Counted from the stretch's first letter, positions 16,517 through 31,680 are shown. The stretch is 64,000 nucleotides of DNA from the human T2T-CHM13v2.0 reference genome, Homo sapiens (GCF_009914755.1 NC_060935.1); one strand, 5' to 3'. Numbers and translations: made by a program. The notes: generated from the letters alone by a model not told the origin.

Positions 16517-17457
16517 TAATATGGAATTTTTTATGTGGAAATTTTTATTACTCTACTTTTTCTCCTCTTTTTTAGTCAGTTTGTGGAGGTACTTTCTGCC
16601 ATCTGGCATACTTTATTTAAAATAGATCGAGATAGTAGCATAAACAGAAATTTTGGTGATTAAGCATCTTGTAAACTACTGGCACAAATAATAGGTGTCA
16701 ATAGATATTTGCTGAATGAGTGAGTCACATGCAAGTGATTAATATAAAGAACAGTTGGGAGAAATGCTACATTATTTACTTCAGGGGAGATAATTTCTAG
16801 GAGACAAGAAGTAGTTCTGTGCTTTGGTTTGGTCTGACCTTAAACAAGAATCTTGTCTCAGTCCTGTTAGTGGAAAGAAGTAAACTAATTCACAGATCAC
16901 AAAAAAGTACATGATAGCAAGATAAAGTTGCATTAAATTTAAGAGTTAAAGTGGATTCAGTGCAATTGTAGACTTCAGATTACATTTGAATTTTATTAAA
17001 TCTAAATTTAGGGGTGAAGTATATATCAAAGCCACCAGATTTAATTATAGCATTATAGTGGTAGACAAAGGAGTTGTTTGATAATTTTAGTCTGTTTTGT
17101 GTTAAGATTACTTGATGGATATTAACATCGTAAGAGAGTAGGACTGATGCGACTACAAGAAATACTGACTGATCATTTTCTGTGTGGTGCTAGTCAGTGT
17201 TGGATTACAAGAAATTTGAGTCCCATTTCAAAAATAATTTGATATTTGCTCCTTTTAGATCCTAAAGGTAGGTGAAATTGCTGATCCAGGGATTCAAAGG
17301 CTCAGATTTAATCTGAGTAATGAGCAGTCCTTTTTTCAACTATAAAAATGTGAACCTGAATACAGATTCACTGATTGTTGCAGACAAAATGAACACTTGT
17401 TTCAGTGCTTTTCTTCTAAATTTAATTTGTTTCATGGTTTATTCGTTGTTTTCCTAG

Positions 17458-17522
17458 GATGAGAAAATGTCAGAATCTACAATGGATGCCTTCCAAAGCC
17501 TACCTGCAGAAGCAAGCTAAAG
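17458..17522 (+). CDS. KMT2A: Exon 6 (65 nt), end of CXXC (MRKCQNLQW)
   Basis: tcctag|GATGAG...CTAAAG|gtagtg. Confidence 0.96.
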
Positions 17523-17899
17523 GTAGTGTTGTTAAAAAGGTCTTCCCCCAAATGCTCCTTGCTTAAATGGTGTATAGTTGTATACACCCAGTAGAAGAGA
17601 ATACTTTTTTTTTTAAAGTACAACTCTTTCTCAGGGAGTAGATTGTTGAAGCTAGGTAATAGGTACATGGGGGTTGATTGGACTATTTCCTGTATTGGGG
17701 GATATTTTTGAAATTTTCCATAATAAATTTTTTAAATTTATATAAAAATCATAGTTCATTATATTTCCTAGAGCAATAAAGTATACCTATTTCACCTGAT
17801 CAACTTGGCATTAACTTTCTTTAGCCTTTCAATGCTAACTTTTAACTGCAGGAAACTGAGAATGTTGTGTCACATTTCTACGCTTCTATTTTTTAAATG

Positions 17900-18935
17900 T
17901 ATTTTTTTAACTTATTTTTAATTTTTGTGGATACATGGCAGGTGTATTTATTTATTTGTTTATTGAGACAGAGTCTCACTCTGTCTTTCAGGCTGGGGTG
18001 CAGTAGCATGATTATGACTCACTGTAGCTTCAACCTCCCACGCTCAAGCCATCCTCCCACCTCAGCCTCCCTAGTAGCTGGGACTACAGGTGCGCACCAC
18101 CACGCCCAGCTAATTTTTGTAAATTTTTTTTGCAGAGACACGATTTTGCCATGTTGCCCAGGCTGGTCTTGAACTCCTGGGCTCAAGCAATCCTCTCGCC
18201 TTGGCCTCCCAATGTGCTGGAATTACAGGCATGAGCCACCACTGCACCTGGCCAGCAGGTGTATATATTTATGGGGGTACATGAGATATGTTGATACAGG
18301 CATACAATGGGTAATAATCACATCAGGGTACATGGGATGTCCATTACCTCAAGCATTTATTCTTTGTGTTACAAACAAACTAATTATACTCTTGTAATTA
18401 TTTTTAAGGGTACAGTAAATTATTGTTGACTGTAATCACCCTGTTGTACTATCAAATACTAGATCTCATTCACTTCTATCTAGCTATATTTTTGTACCCA
18501 TTAACCATCCCCACTTTCCCCCTCAACCTCACTACCCTTCCCAGCCTCTCATAACTATCATTCTCTCTGTCTCTATCTCCATAAGTTCAATTGTTTTAAT
18601 TTTTAGCTCCCACAAATGAGTGAGAGCATGTGATGTTTGTCTCTCTGTGTCTGGCTTATTTCACTTAACATAATGTCCTCTAGTTCCATCCATGTTGTTT
18701 CAGATGATAGGATCTCGTTCTTTTTTATGGCTGAATAGTACTCCATTGTGGATATGTACCACATTTTCTTTATCCATTCATCTGTTGATGGATGCTTAGA
18801 TTACTTTCAAATCTTGGCTATCATAAATAGTGCTGCAGGAAACATGAGAGTGCAGATATCTCTTTGATATACTGATTTCCTTTATTTTGGTATATACCTA
18901 GCTGTGGGATTGCTGGATCATATGGTGGCTCTGTA
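17900..18935 (-). mobile_element. L1MA-type 3' fragment interrupted by an AluJ (-, about 17945-18253)
   Basis: ctcccacaaatgagtgagagcatg...ctggcttatttcacttaacataat...ggattgctggatcatatgg; Alu TSD gcaggtgtat. Confidence 0.8.
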
Positions 18936-18998
18936 ATTCTATTTTAAATAAAATTATTCTCACTATAGACAGATGATGTTGTTGTGTTTTTCCCTCAG

Positions 18999-19376
18999 CT
19001 GTGAAAAAGAAAGAGAAAAAGTCTAAGACCAGTGAAAAGAAAGACAGCAAAGAGAGCAGTGTTGTGAAGAACGTGGTGGACTCTAGTCAGAAACCTACCC
19101 CATCAGCAAGAGAGGATCCTGCCCCAAAGAAAAGCAGTAGTGAGCCTCCTCCACGAAAGCCCGTCGAGGAAAAGAGTGAAGAAGGGAATGTCTCGGCCCC
19201 TGGGCCTGAATCCAAACAGGCCACCACTCCAGCTTCCAGGAAGTCAAGCAAGCAGGTCTCCCAGCCAGCACTGGTCATCCCGCCTCAGCCACCTACTACA
19301 GGACCGCCAAGAAAAGAAGTTCCCAAAACCACTCCTAGTGAGCCCAAGAAAAAGCAGCCTCCACCACCAGAATCAG
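18999..19376 (+). CDS. KMT2A: Exon 7 (378 nt), Lys/Pro-rich RD2 region
   Basis: cctcag|CTGTGA...AATCAG|gtgagt; ORF 19001..19384. Confidence 0.97.
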
Positions 19377-19705
19377 GTGAGTGAGGAGGGCAAGAAGGAA
19401 TTGCTGAACCACAAGTACTAACAAAAAAGCACTGATGTCTCAAACAGCATTTGAAAGCAGGAAATGTATGATTTGAAGTCTTCAGTTCAAGAAAATCAGC
19501 TCTCTTTCTAACTATTATGTTTAATAATAAAGAAACAGAAACAAAAAAAACAGTTAAATTGGAGGTATTGTTTTAATTTCCTGTTCGAAGCCTAGAGTTT
19601 AAATAGTTTTTTTTTTTTTTTTCTAATGGCCCTTTCTTCACAGGTCAGTCAGTACTAAAGTAGTCGTTGCCAGCATCTGACTGCAATTTATTCTGAATTT
19701 TTTAG

Positions 19706-19779
19706 GTCCAGAGCAGAGCAAACAGAAAAAAGTGGCTCCCCGCCCAAGTATCCCTGTAAAACAAAAACCAAAAGAAAAG
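19706..19779 (+). CDS. KMT2A: Exon 8 (74 nt)
   Basis: ttttag|GTCCAG...GAAAAG|gtgagg. Confidence 0.96.
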
Positions 19780-19911
19780 GTGAGGAGAGATTTGTTTCTC
19801 TGCCATTTCTCAGGGATGTATTCTATTTTGTAGGGAAAAGCCTTATCCTTGACTTCTATGTAGATGGCAGTGGAATTTCTTAAAATTAAGAAACTTCAAG
19901 TTTAGGCTTTT

Positions 19912-21327
<1,416 letters not shown>

Positions 21328-21465
21328 TTCAAAGATTATTTGTTTATGTTGGAAACATGTTTTTTAGATCTATTAATAAAATTTGTCATTTGCATTATTA
21401 TCTGTTGCAAATGTGAAGGCAAATAGGGTGTGATTTTGTTCTATATTCATCTTTTGTCTCCTTAG

Positions 21466-21597
21466 GAAAAACCACCTCCGGTCAATAAGCAGGAGAATGC
21501 AGGCACTTTGAACATCCTCAGCACTCTCTCCAATGGCAATAGTTCTAAGCAAAAAATTCCAGCAGATGGAGTCCACAGGATCAGAGTGGACTTTAAG
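21466..21597 (+). CDS. KMT2A: Exon 9 (132 nt), ends HRIRVDFK
   Basis: ccttag|GAAAAA...TTTAAG|gtaaag. Confidence 0.97.
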
Positions 21598-22144
21598 GTA
21601 AAGGTGTTCAGTGATCATAAAGTATATTGAGTGTCAAAGACTTTAAATAAAGAAAATGCTACTACCAAAGGTGTTGAAAGAGGAAATCAGCACCAACTGG
21701 GGGAATGAATAAGAACTCCCATTAGCAGGTGGGTTTAGCGCTGGGAGAGCTTTGGTCAGTGTTGTTAGGTCACTGTTTGTGAACTGACTGCAGAACATAC
21801 ATAATGAAACATTCCTATCCATCCTGAGCAGTATCAGAGGAAGTAATTCCTTCACATGGAAAGTATCAAACCATGATGATTCCTTGAGTCAGCAAAACTG
21901 TAAGAGAAATTCAATCCCAGTGTATTTTCGCAATATATTCAATATGAATTGAACAACTAGGTGAGCCTTTTAATAGTCCGTGTCTGAGATTAAAACTTTT
22001 TAAAGCAGCAGTTATTTTTGGACTCATTGAAATGAAATACTCTGACATTGTGATGTCACACTAATTTTATGCTTTTCATCCTTATTTTCCATCCAAAGTT
22101 GTGTAATTGTAAAACTTTCCTAAGTGACCTTTCTCTCTCCACAG

Positions 22145-22258
22145 GAGGATTGTGAAGCAGAAAATGTGTGGGAGATGGGAGGCTTAGGAATCTTGACTTC
22201 TGTTCCTATCACACCCAGGGTGGTTTGCTTTCTCTGTGCCAGTAGTGGGCATGTAGAG
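22145..22258 (+). CDS. KMT2A: Exon 10 (114 nt), start of PHD1 (CFLC)
   Basis: ccacag|GAGGAT...GTAGAG|gtaagg. Confidence 0.97.
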
Positions 22259-22609
22259 GTAAGGCATCCTGCTTCTTTGTACCCCAGGAAGTACATAAAT
22301 TATTTTTCTGTGGATGAAATTACTATAGTCTGTTTTGTTGGTATTTAGCAGGTACTATTCCCTGTTTAAACCAGCTAAAGAAATGTTTTGAAGTATTTTA
22401 GAGATTTTAGGAAGGAATCTGCTATTAGAGTAGCAAAGTTATTGAGAGTGAAAAGATCAATAATCCCATCTCTCTTAAATTCAGTCTTTATTAGAGTTCT
22501 GATCTTTCTGTTAGATGTCTAAATAAGAGAAAAAATTATACAGTGGTCTATTAAAAGGGATGCTATTGATGGTTATTTTATATTGTATATCAAAGCCTCT
22601 TCATCTATA

Positions 22610-23720
<1,111 letters not shown>

Positions 23721-23832
23721 AAAGTAGCACAATTTTAAATAGGAAGCAGTAGTTTGTCATTTATAAGGGACATATCCTACATCCTTTACAGTTCTTAAAT
23801 TCCTGGCAGATACCTCTTTGGCTTATTACTTA

Positions 23833-24200
<368 letters not shown>

Positions 24201-25180
24201 AAATCCAAGCTAGGTTGAAATCTGAATGTTGAGCAGTCAGTGAGACACAAACTAGCTAAGAAAGTCAACCCTGCCCACTTGCCATTTGAAGTTATTACTA
24301 GCAAAATTACAAATTATTGCCTACTATTCATTTACTAAGCAAATATTCTCTTAGTCCCTATTACGAACAACTTATTGTTCTAAGTGCAGAAGTTCAGATA
24401 TCATTGAGACTGAGAATATTCAGTCTACAAGTGCCAGGGGTCTACTGTATCCTCTTTTCCGTCTTAATACAGTGCTTTGCACCCATATATATGCCACCCA
24501 CAGGAATAACTTTTTTTATAGCACCAGTCCTTCAACTTCTGGGATTAAACAGATTTTTTTTCAGGGTATAATTGTTCTGATCTAAATTCTTTATAGTTGT
24601 ACATAGCAATCTCACAGGGTTCCTAAAATATAAATTAGAGAATAGCATGCTGCCTGCACTGCACTCCTAAAGCATGACCAGTGCTTGATAAACTCTCCTC
24701 CATGCGAATTTTTTAAACCTTTTATGTTGACATGATTTCAGACTTACAAAAAAACTATGAGTTGTACAGAGAATTCTAAGTACCCCTCACCCAAATTCCC
24801 TAAGTGTTAATATGTTTCTCTGTGTGTATATATTTTACAAAATAACAAATAAAATACATATACACATTTTACCTGTAGATACACATGTATCTAAAAATTT
24901 GAGAACAAGTTGCAGACATAAACCATTTTACCTCTAAATATTTTAGTGTATATTTTTAAAAATCAAGGACGTTCTCGTATTTAACCATGGTATAATTACC
25001 AAATCAGGAAATTAACACACTGGTACATTACTATTATCTGATCTATAGGCCTTATTTAGGTTTGACCAATTGTCCCAATAATTCCTTTATGGCAAAAGAA
25101 AATTCTGGATTATCCTAGTTAGTATTTTTGAAAATCCTATATCAATATGAAAATAACTTATTTCTAAAATTAGAAATGGA

Positions 25181-25503
<323 letters not shown>

Positions 25504-25895
25504 TTACAAATGGAAAGGACAAACCAGACCTTACAACTGTTTCGTATATTACAGAAAACGTTTAAACCCTCCCTATTTCCCCCACCCCACTCCTTTATAT
25601 TCCCATAGCTCTTTGTTTATACCACTCTTAGGTCACTTAGCATGTTCTGTTAAATCTTGTATTATATTTATTTTGTTACTTTCTATTTCCACTGGTATTA
25701 CCACTTTAGTACTCTGAATCTCCCGCAGTGTCCAATACTGTACTTTTTTACATAGTCATTGCTTAATGAATATGTATTGAATTAAATATATGCCAGTGGA
25801 CTACTAAAACCCAAAGTATATAAGAAGGGTATGGTTGATTATGTTTTTCTACATATTATTTGACATACTTCTATCTTCCCATGTTCTTACTATAG

Positions 25896-26042
25896 TTTGT
25901 GTATTGCCAAGTCTGTTGTGAGCCCTTCCACAAGTTTTGTTTAGAGGAGAACGAGCGCCCTCTGGAGGACCAGCTGGAAAATTGGTGTTGTCGTCGTTGC
26001 AAATTCTGTCACGTTTGTGGAAGGCAACATCAGGCTACAAAG
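25896..26042 (+). CDS. KMT2A: Exon 11 (147 nt), PHD1 and start of PHD2
   Basis: ctatag|TTTGTG...ACAAAG|gtacaa; CQVCCEPFHKFC...WCCRRC. Confidence 0.97.
25953..25971 (-). promoter_or_regulatory. CTCF core motif inside exon 11
   Basis: Minus strand GGTCCTCCAGAGGGCGCTC versus consensus TGGCCACCAGGGGGCGCTA. Confidence 0.75.
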
Positions 26043-26066
26043 GTACAAAACTTGGTAATAGAACTA

Positions 26067-26665
26067 CAGCTGGGCCTCTGTATCAGTGGGTTCTGTATCC
26101 CTGGACTCAACCAACCTTGGATTGAATGTATCTGGGAAAAAATGAGTAGTTGCCTCTGTACTCTATGTGAACAGACTTTTTCTTGTCATTATTTCCTAAA
26201 CAATACAGTATAACAACTATTTACATTGTATTAGGTATGATAAGTAATCTAGAGATAATTTAAAGTATATGGTGGGCGGATCACTTGAAGCCAGGAGTTC
26301 GAGACCAGCCTGAGCCAACATGGTGAAACCCCATCTCTACTAAAAATACAAAAAATTAGCCAGGTGTGGTGGTGGGCACCTGTAGTCCCAGCTACTTGGG
26401 AGGCTGAGGGAGGAAAATCGCTTGAACTTTGGAGGCAGAGGTTGCAGTGAGCCACTCCAGCCTGTGGTGCAGTCTGTCACTCCAGCCTGGGTGACACAGT
26501 GAGACTCCATCTCAAAAAAAAAAAAAAAAAAAAACTATATGGGAGGATGTGCATTTTGTTATATGCAAATGCTGCACCATTTTGTCTAGGGACTTGGGCA
26601 TCCATGGACTTTGGTATCCTCTGGGGGTCCTGGAACCAATCCCCCATGGAAACCAAGGATGACTG
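26067..26665 (-). mobile_element. MER2 (Tigger-family MITE) interrupted by a 5'-truncated AluS (+, about 26271-26534)
   Basis: TA-CAG...CTG ends; internal ggggtcctggaaccaatccccc and aagtaatctagagataatttaaagtata match MER2 as I recall it. Confidence 0.8.
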
Positions 26666-27073
26666 TGCTTAGAGTATTGCTTTCTTTCTTGATTTGTATT
26701 TCTGTCTTCCAGTTAAGATTTTGTATCTATATTATTTCTCTTTTTACTTAGTCTGTCTTTAGCATTTAATTGGGTGTAATCAGTTGCCTATTTTGTGTTT
26801 TAATTTTGGGACTATAGCAGAAAACATGATGTTGAATAAAATTCCAAAAATAAGTCAAATCTACCTAATATGAATACTCATCACTGAGTGCCTTTGGCAG
26901 GAAATAAATCTATCTCAATGCTTTAATTGGGAGTAAATAATGTATGAGGAAATTTAAACTCATAATTGTGTGCTGTACTTACTTGCCAGTAAATGTGAAA
27001 TGGGGTACTAAGTAATAGGTGTTGGGTGAAGGTAATATGATGCTTATCTTTTTGCCATTATATTTTCTTACAG

Positions 27074-27169
27074 CAGCTGCTGGAGTGTAATAAGTGCCGA
27101 AACAGCTATCACCCTGAGTGCCTGGGACCAAACTACCCCACCAAACCCACAAAGAAGAAGAAAGTCTGG
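27074..27169 (+). CDS. KMT2A: Exon 12 (96 nt), PHD2
   Basis: ttacag|CAGCTG...GTCTGG|gtgagt. Confidence 0.96.
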
Positions 27170-27410
27170 GTGAGTTATACACATGATGCTCTTTTATAGA
27201 GAACCACCATGTGACTATTGGACTTATGTAACTTGTATTACAAATATCTATGCTTGAGGATGTCAGTATGACAATCTTTTTGCCTCATTACTAGGAAATC
27301 ATCTCAGCAGAGAAATTAAATCTATAAATGGATGCATTTAAGATCTTTTTAGTTAAGTAAAGATATTAAAAACAAGAAATTCCTATTGAATTTCTTTTCT
27401 TCTTTTCTAG

Positions 27411-27531
27411 ATCTGTACCAAGTGTGTTCGCTGTAAGAGCTGTGGATCCACAACTCCAGGCAAAGGGTGGGATGCACAGTGGTCTCATGATTTCTCACTG
27501 TGTCATGATTGCGCCAAGCTCTTTGCTAAAG
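27411..27531 (+). CDS. KMT2A: Exon 13 (121 nt), end of PHD2 and linker
   Basis: ttctag|ATCTGT...CTAAAG|gtaccc. Confidence 0.96.
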
Positions 27532-28477
27532 GTACCCAAAAAAGCCAGTTTTGCCAGCTTTCGGAGGTTGTACTTGGTGTTCTGGAGGTGAACTAGACTC
27601 TAGTGAAATGAAATAAAAAGTCTCACACATTATGTCAAGGATACCATTTAGACACATTTCCTAAGTTCCTGTTTAGAACTTAGCAACTAGAAATGTCTTG
27701 TTAGTTTATACGGGAAGTGTTAAGGGGACTTTTCATTATAACTAACCACAAAGAAATCCTCTAAGCTAGTATTTCCCAAAGTGTGATATATATATTATAT
27801 ATTTGATTATTTCAGACATTATTTTAGTTGCTACCCAAACATTTTCTTTCAGTAGTTATATTAGAAAAAAATATTAATATAACTAATACATTAAACCTGT
27901 TATATTACTGACTTAGGATAATCATATAAAGTTCACTGTTTTAAGTAAGATAAGCAGATCAGTTTGAAGAAGTTCATTAAGTAAAAAATAATATAGGAGA
28001 TCTCTGTATATAAAGAAAATTTATGAAGGTTATACAGAATACTGAATCTTAGGAAGTGCTCCTCTAAGCTCTAATGTAAATGCCCTAGAAATAAGGAAAA
28101 AGCTTACATGTACTGTTTCTGACTTCCATATTGCCACTTCTTTTAAATATTTAAATATTTCTTACAAATGTGTGAGAAACTTCTCTCTTCCATTCTTTTC
28201 TATTGTTTTATCTTTAAAATCTACCTCATGACCTTTATAAATGAAAACTAGTAAACTAAAGAAAACTAGTAGCATATGAAGCTTTTCTGTGAGTATTCGA
28301 GGGGCTCAGAATAATCTTGAGACTGCAGATGTGTGAACATTCCACAGTAGATCCATGCTGGTGTTCATGATCCCAGAAGAATATAGATTTAGATTGGGTT
28401 GGTAAATGCAAGTCGAGGGCCGTAAAAACACGGGTATGTGAGCCAAAGCACTGCTGTAAACTTTGCTTTGCTTTCAG

Positions 28478-28600
28478 GAAACTTCTGCCCTCTCTGTGAC
28501 AAATGTTATGATGATGATGACTATGAGAGTAAGATGATGCAATGTGGAAAGTGTGATCGCTGGGTCCATTCCAAATGTGAGAATCTTTCAGGTACAGAAG
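28478..28600 (+). CDS. KMT2A: Exon 14 (123 nt, or 114 nt with the donor after 28591), PHD3
   Basis: tttcag|GAAACT; tandem donors TCAG|gtacag and GAAG|gttgga, 9 nt apart. Confidence 0.96.
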
Positions 28601-29025
28601 GTTGGAGTCTTTTTATTTCAGTTTTCTTCTTTCTAGGTACTACTACATTTATTAGCCTCTAGAGCACTTTAAACCTAAAATTATGGTTGTGTTGTTATTT
28701 GAAATCTCTAAATTTATTTTTTAGTCTCTAGAATAAGCAGCATTGTATTATTTGTGCTCACTTATCTTGAATATATGCCTTTAAAGTATTTATTTGCTGT
28801 CCTTTGTGTGTTCCATAACCTGATTCTCAATAACCAAATTCAGGATTAGTGTTAATTAATAATGCCACTTTTTGAGATCAATATGTGTCATATCCATGAG
28901 GACATTAAAATCTTAATGTGGTTCCCAACATATGGCTTTATAGTAAGTTCAGTGGAATAGTTTCCTCTTCTTCCTCTCTCCCATTCTTCAGAGGACCTCA
29001 TCATGGTAGGTTTTTGTTTTCTTAG

Positions 29026-29210
29026 ATGAGATGTATGAGATTCTATCTAATCTGCCAGAAAGTGTGGCCTACACTTGTGTGAACTGTACTGAGCGGCACC
29101 CTGCAGAGTGGCGACTGGCCCTTGAAAAAGAGCTGCAGATTTCTCTGAAGCAAGTTCTGACAGCTTTGTTGAATTCTCGGACTACCAGCCATTTGCTACG
29201 CTACCGGCAG
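29026..29210 (+). CDS. KMT2A: Exon 15 (185 nt), PHD3 C-terminal half and start of bromodomain
   Basis: tcttag|ATGAGA...CGGCAG|gtaggc. Confidence 0.96.
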
Positions 29211-29679
29211 GTAGGCCAAGTCTCATTTTTTTCTGAGAGCTTGTTCTTAGGTAGTCTTTACCTAGTGTTTTTCTTTTGTTTTACTTCATTCTCCTCACTT
29301 AATTTTTAGTTACTTGTTTTGGCTATAACCATTAGGAAAATATTTAGAGCCAAGAATAGGACCTTCTTTAGCGTAAGAAATAGGAAGGAGCTGTATCTTC
29401 AAAGGTCTTGCTGTTACAATGAGAAATTTGGACTTTATACTCTGAAGGTGATAGGGAGCCAGTGAAGCACTTCACCCAAGACAGTAACCTGATCAGAGTT
29501 GCTTCTTAGAAAAAATATTGTTCTGACTGAGTGGAGAGGAAGGACTGGAGACACCTGAGCCTAGAGGCAGGATTCGTAGTTAGGGGACAGTTATAGTAAT
29601 CAACTGGAAAAACACTTTCTGTTTATGTAAGTTGTGAACTTTACACATTTATAAAGTAGTCATTAGAAGAACCACACGG

Positions 29680-30001
<322 letters not shown>

Positions 30002-30338
30002 TCAGAGCTAAGCTGCTGTTTTATCTTTTAATAGAGCTCCATTTTTTGAATAGGAAAATTAGCTGCTTTCTATGTTAAAAGGAACTGAACACAATTTCAG
30101 CTTCTTCATACTAGGTTTGGAATTATCAAGAAAAGCTCCTAAGTTACCCTAGCTAAGCTATTACATAACAGTCTCATTTTTAACTTTCCTTTTCTATTTG
30201 AGAAATCTGATTATTTTCATGTTCCTTGGGTTTTACAATATTAATCATTCAGTACCATCTTTATTAATTTTAATAGAATTTACATGGACACCTTGGTTTT
30301 AGTGTTAGATAAAAGCAACATATCTTTCCTGGCAATAG

Positions 30339-30512
30339 GCTGCCAAGCCTCCAGACTTAAATCCCGAGACAGAGGAGAGTATACCTTCCCGCAGCTCCCC
30401 CGAAGGACCTGATCCACCAGTTCTTACTGAGGTCAGCAAACAGGATGATCAGCAGCCTTTAGATCTAGAAGGAGTCAAGAGGAAGATGGACCAAGGGAAT
30501 TACACATCTGTG
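30339..30512 (+). CDS. KMT2A: Exon 16 (174 nt), atypical bromodomain
   Basis: caatag|GCTGCC...TCTGTG|gtatgt. Confidence 0.95.
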
Positions 30513-31569
30513 GTATGTTTCTACAGTGAGCCATCAGAATTTCTAGTGCCAATAAAGCTTCTTTGGACCTTTGGGGCATGAAACTGAGTATAAGTAAATT
30601 TAAAAATGAATTGTATTATATTTAGAAATGTCACGTGGCTTTAGATACCTAAAAATGTATGAGTTATTTTAGCTTTGTGTTTCAGAAGAAGGGTTGTGAT
30701 AGGGAAGATAATGTCTTAAAATAGTTCTTTTATTTGGCTTTCATCTCAGTTTTCTGAAAATTATTTTTATATTAAGAGGAAGCACTAAGAAACTGTTGAT
30801 GTGGGAAATGCTAATATGAAATTAATTGGTTCTCCCTCCCCTTTTGAGATCAGATCTGAATAATGTGCCTTTCTTTATAAGGTCTTCATTTGTAGATAGA
30901 TGCCTGTTAATTTTATGATTTTAAGTATGTATAGGAAATGATTATTTATTATCTCATGATCTATATTTGCTATTCTGTTGTTTATTTTTATTTATTTATT
31001 TATTTATTTGAGATGGAGTCTCGCTCTGTTACCCAGGCTGGCATGCAGTGACATGATCTCGGCTCACTGCAACCTCTGCCTCCCGTAATCAAGTGATTCT
31101 CCTGCCTCAGCCTCCCAAGTAGCTGGGATTACATAAGCATGTGCCACCATGCCTGGCTAATTTTGTATTTTTGGCGGAGATTGGGTTTCACCATGTTGGC
31201 TAGGCTGGTCATGAACTCCTGACCTTAAGTGATCCACCCACATCAGCCTCCCAAAGTGCTGGGATTACAGGCGTGAGCCACTGTTTATTTATTTTAATCC
31301 AAAATAAAAACTGTGGACCTGCTTGGATAATTTATCATGATACAGCCAATTTGTTTGCATTCTTACCTCATTAGCCTGGCATCTCTTAATTGCCACAGGT
31401 TAATCGTGAATTGAATCTCAAAGGTCTCAGCCAAAGAGTATTATACCACATTAAAATAGGGTGTGAGTTTTCTGTTGGATCTCTGTGCTGGATGATTAAG
31501 GAGGGAAGAGGAAATGGTTTTCAGAGCACACTGTTTTAAGAATAATTAACATTTTGTTTTTGTATACAG

Positions 31570-31680
31570 TTGGAGTTCAGTGATGATATTGTGAAGATCA
31601 TTCAAGCAGCCATTAATTCAGATGGAGGACAGCCAGAAATTAAAAAAGCCAACAGCATGGTCAAGTCCTTCTTCATTCGG
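31570..31680 (+). CDS. KMT2A: Exon 17 (111 nt), bromodomain
   Basis: atacag|TTGGAG...ATTCGG|gtgaat. Confidence 0.95.

Noticed and set aside
25824-25928. Hairpin spanning the exon 11 acceptor (gaaggg/cccttc)
   Set aside because: Only a 6-bp perfect stem by eye; not supportable without folding computation.
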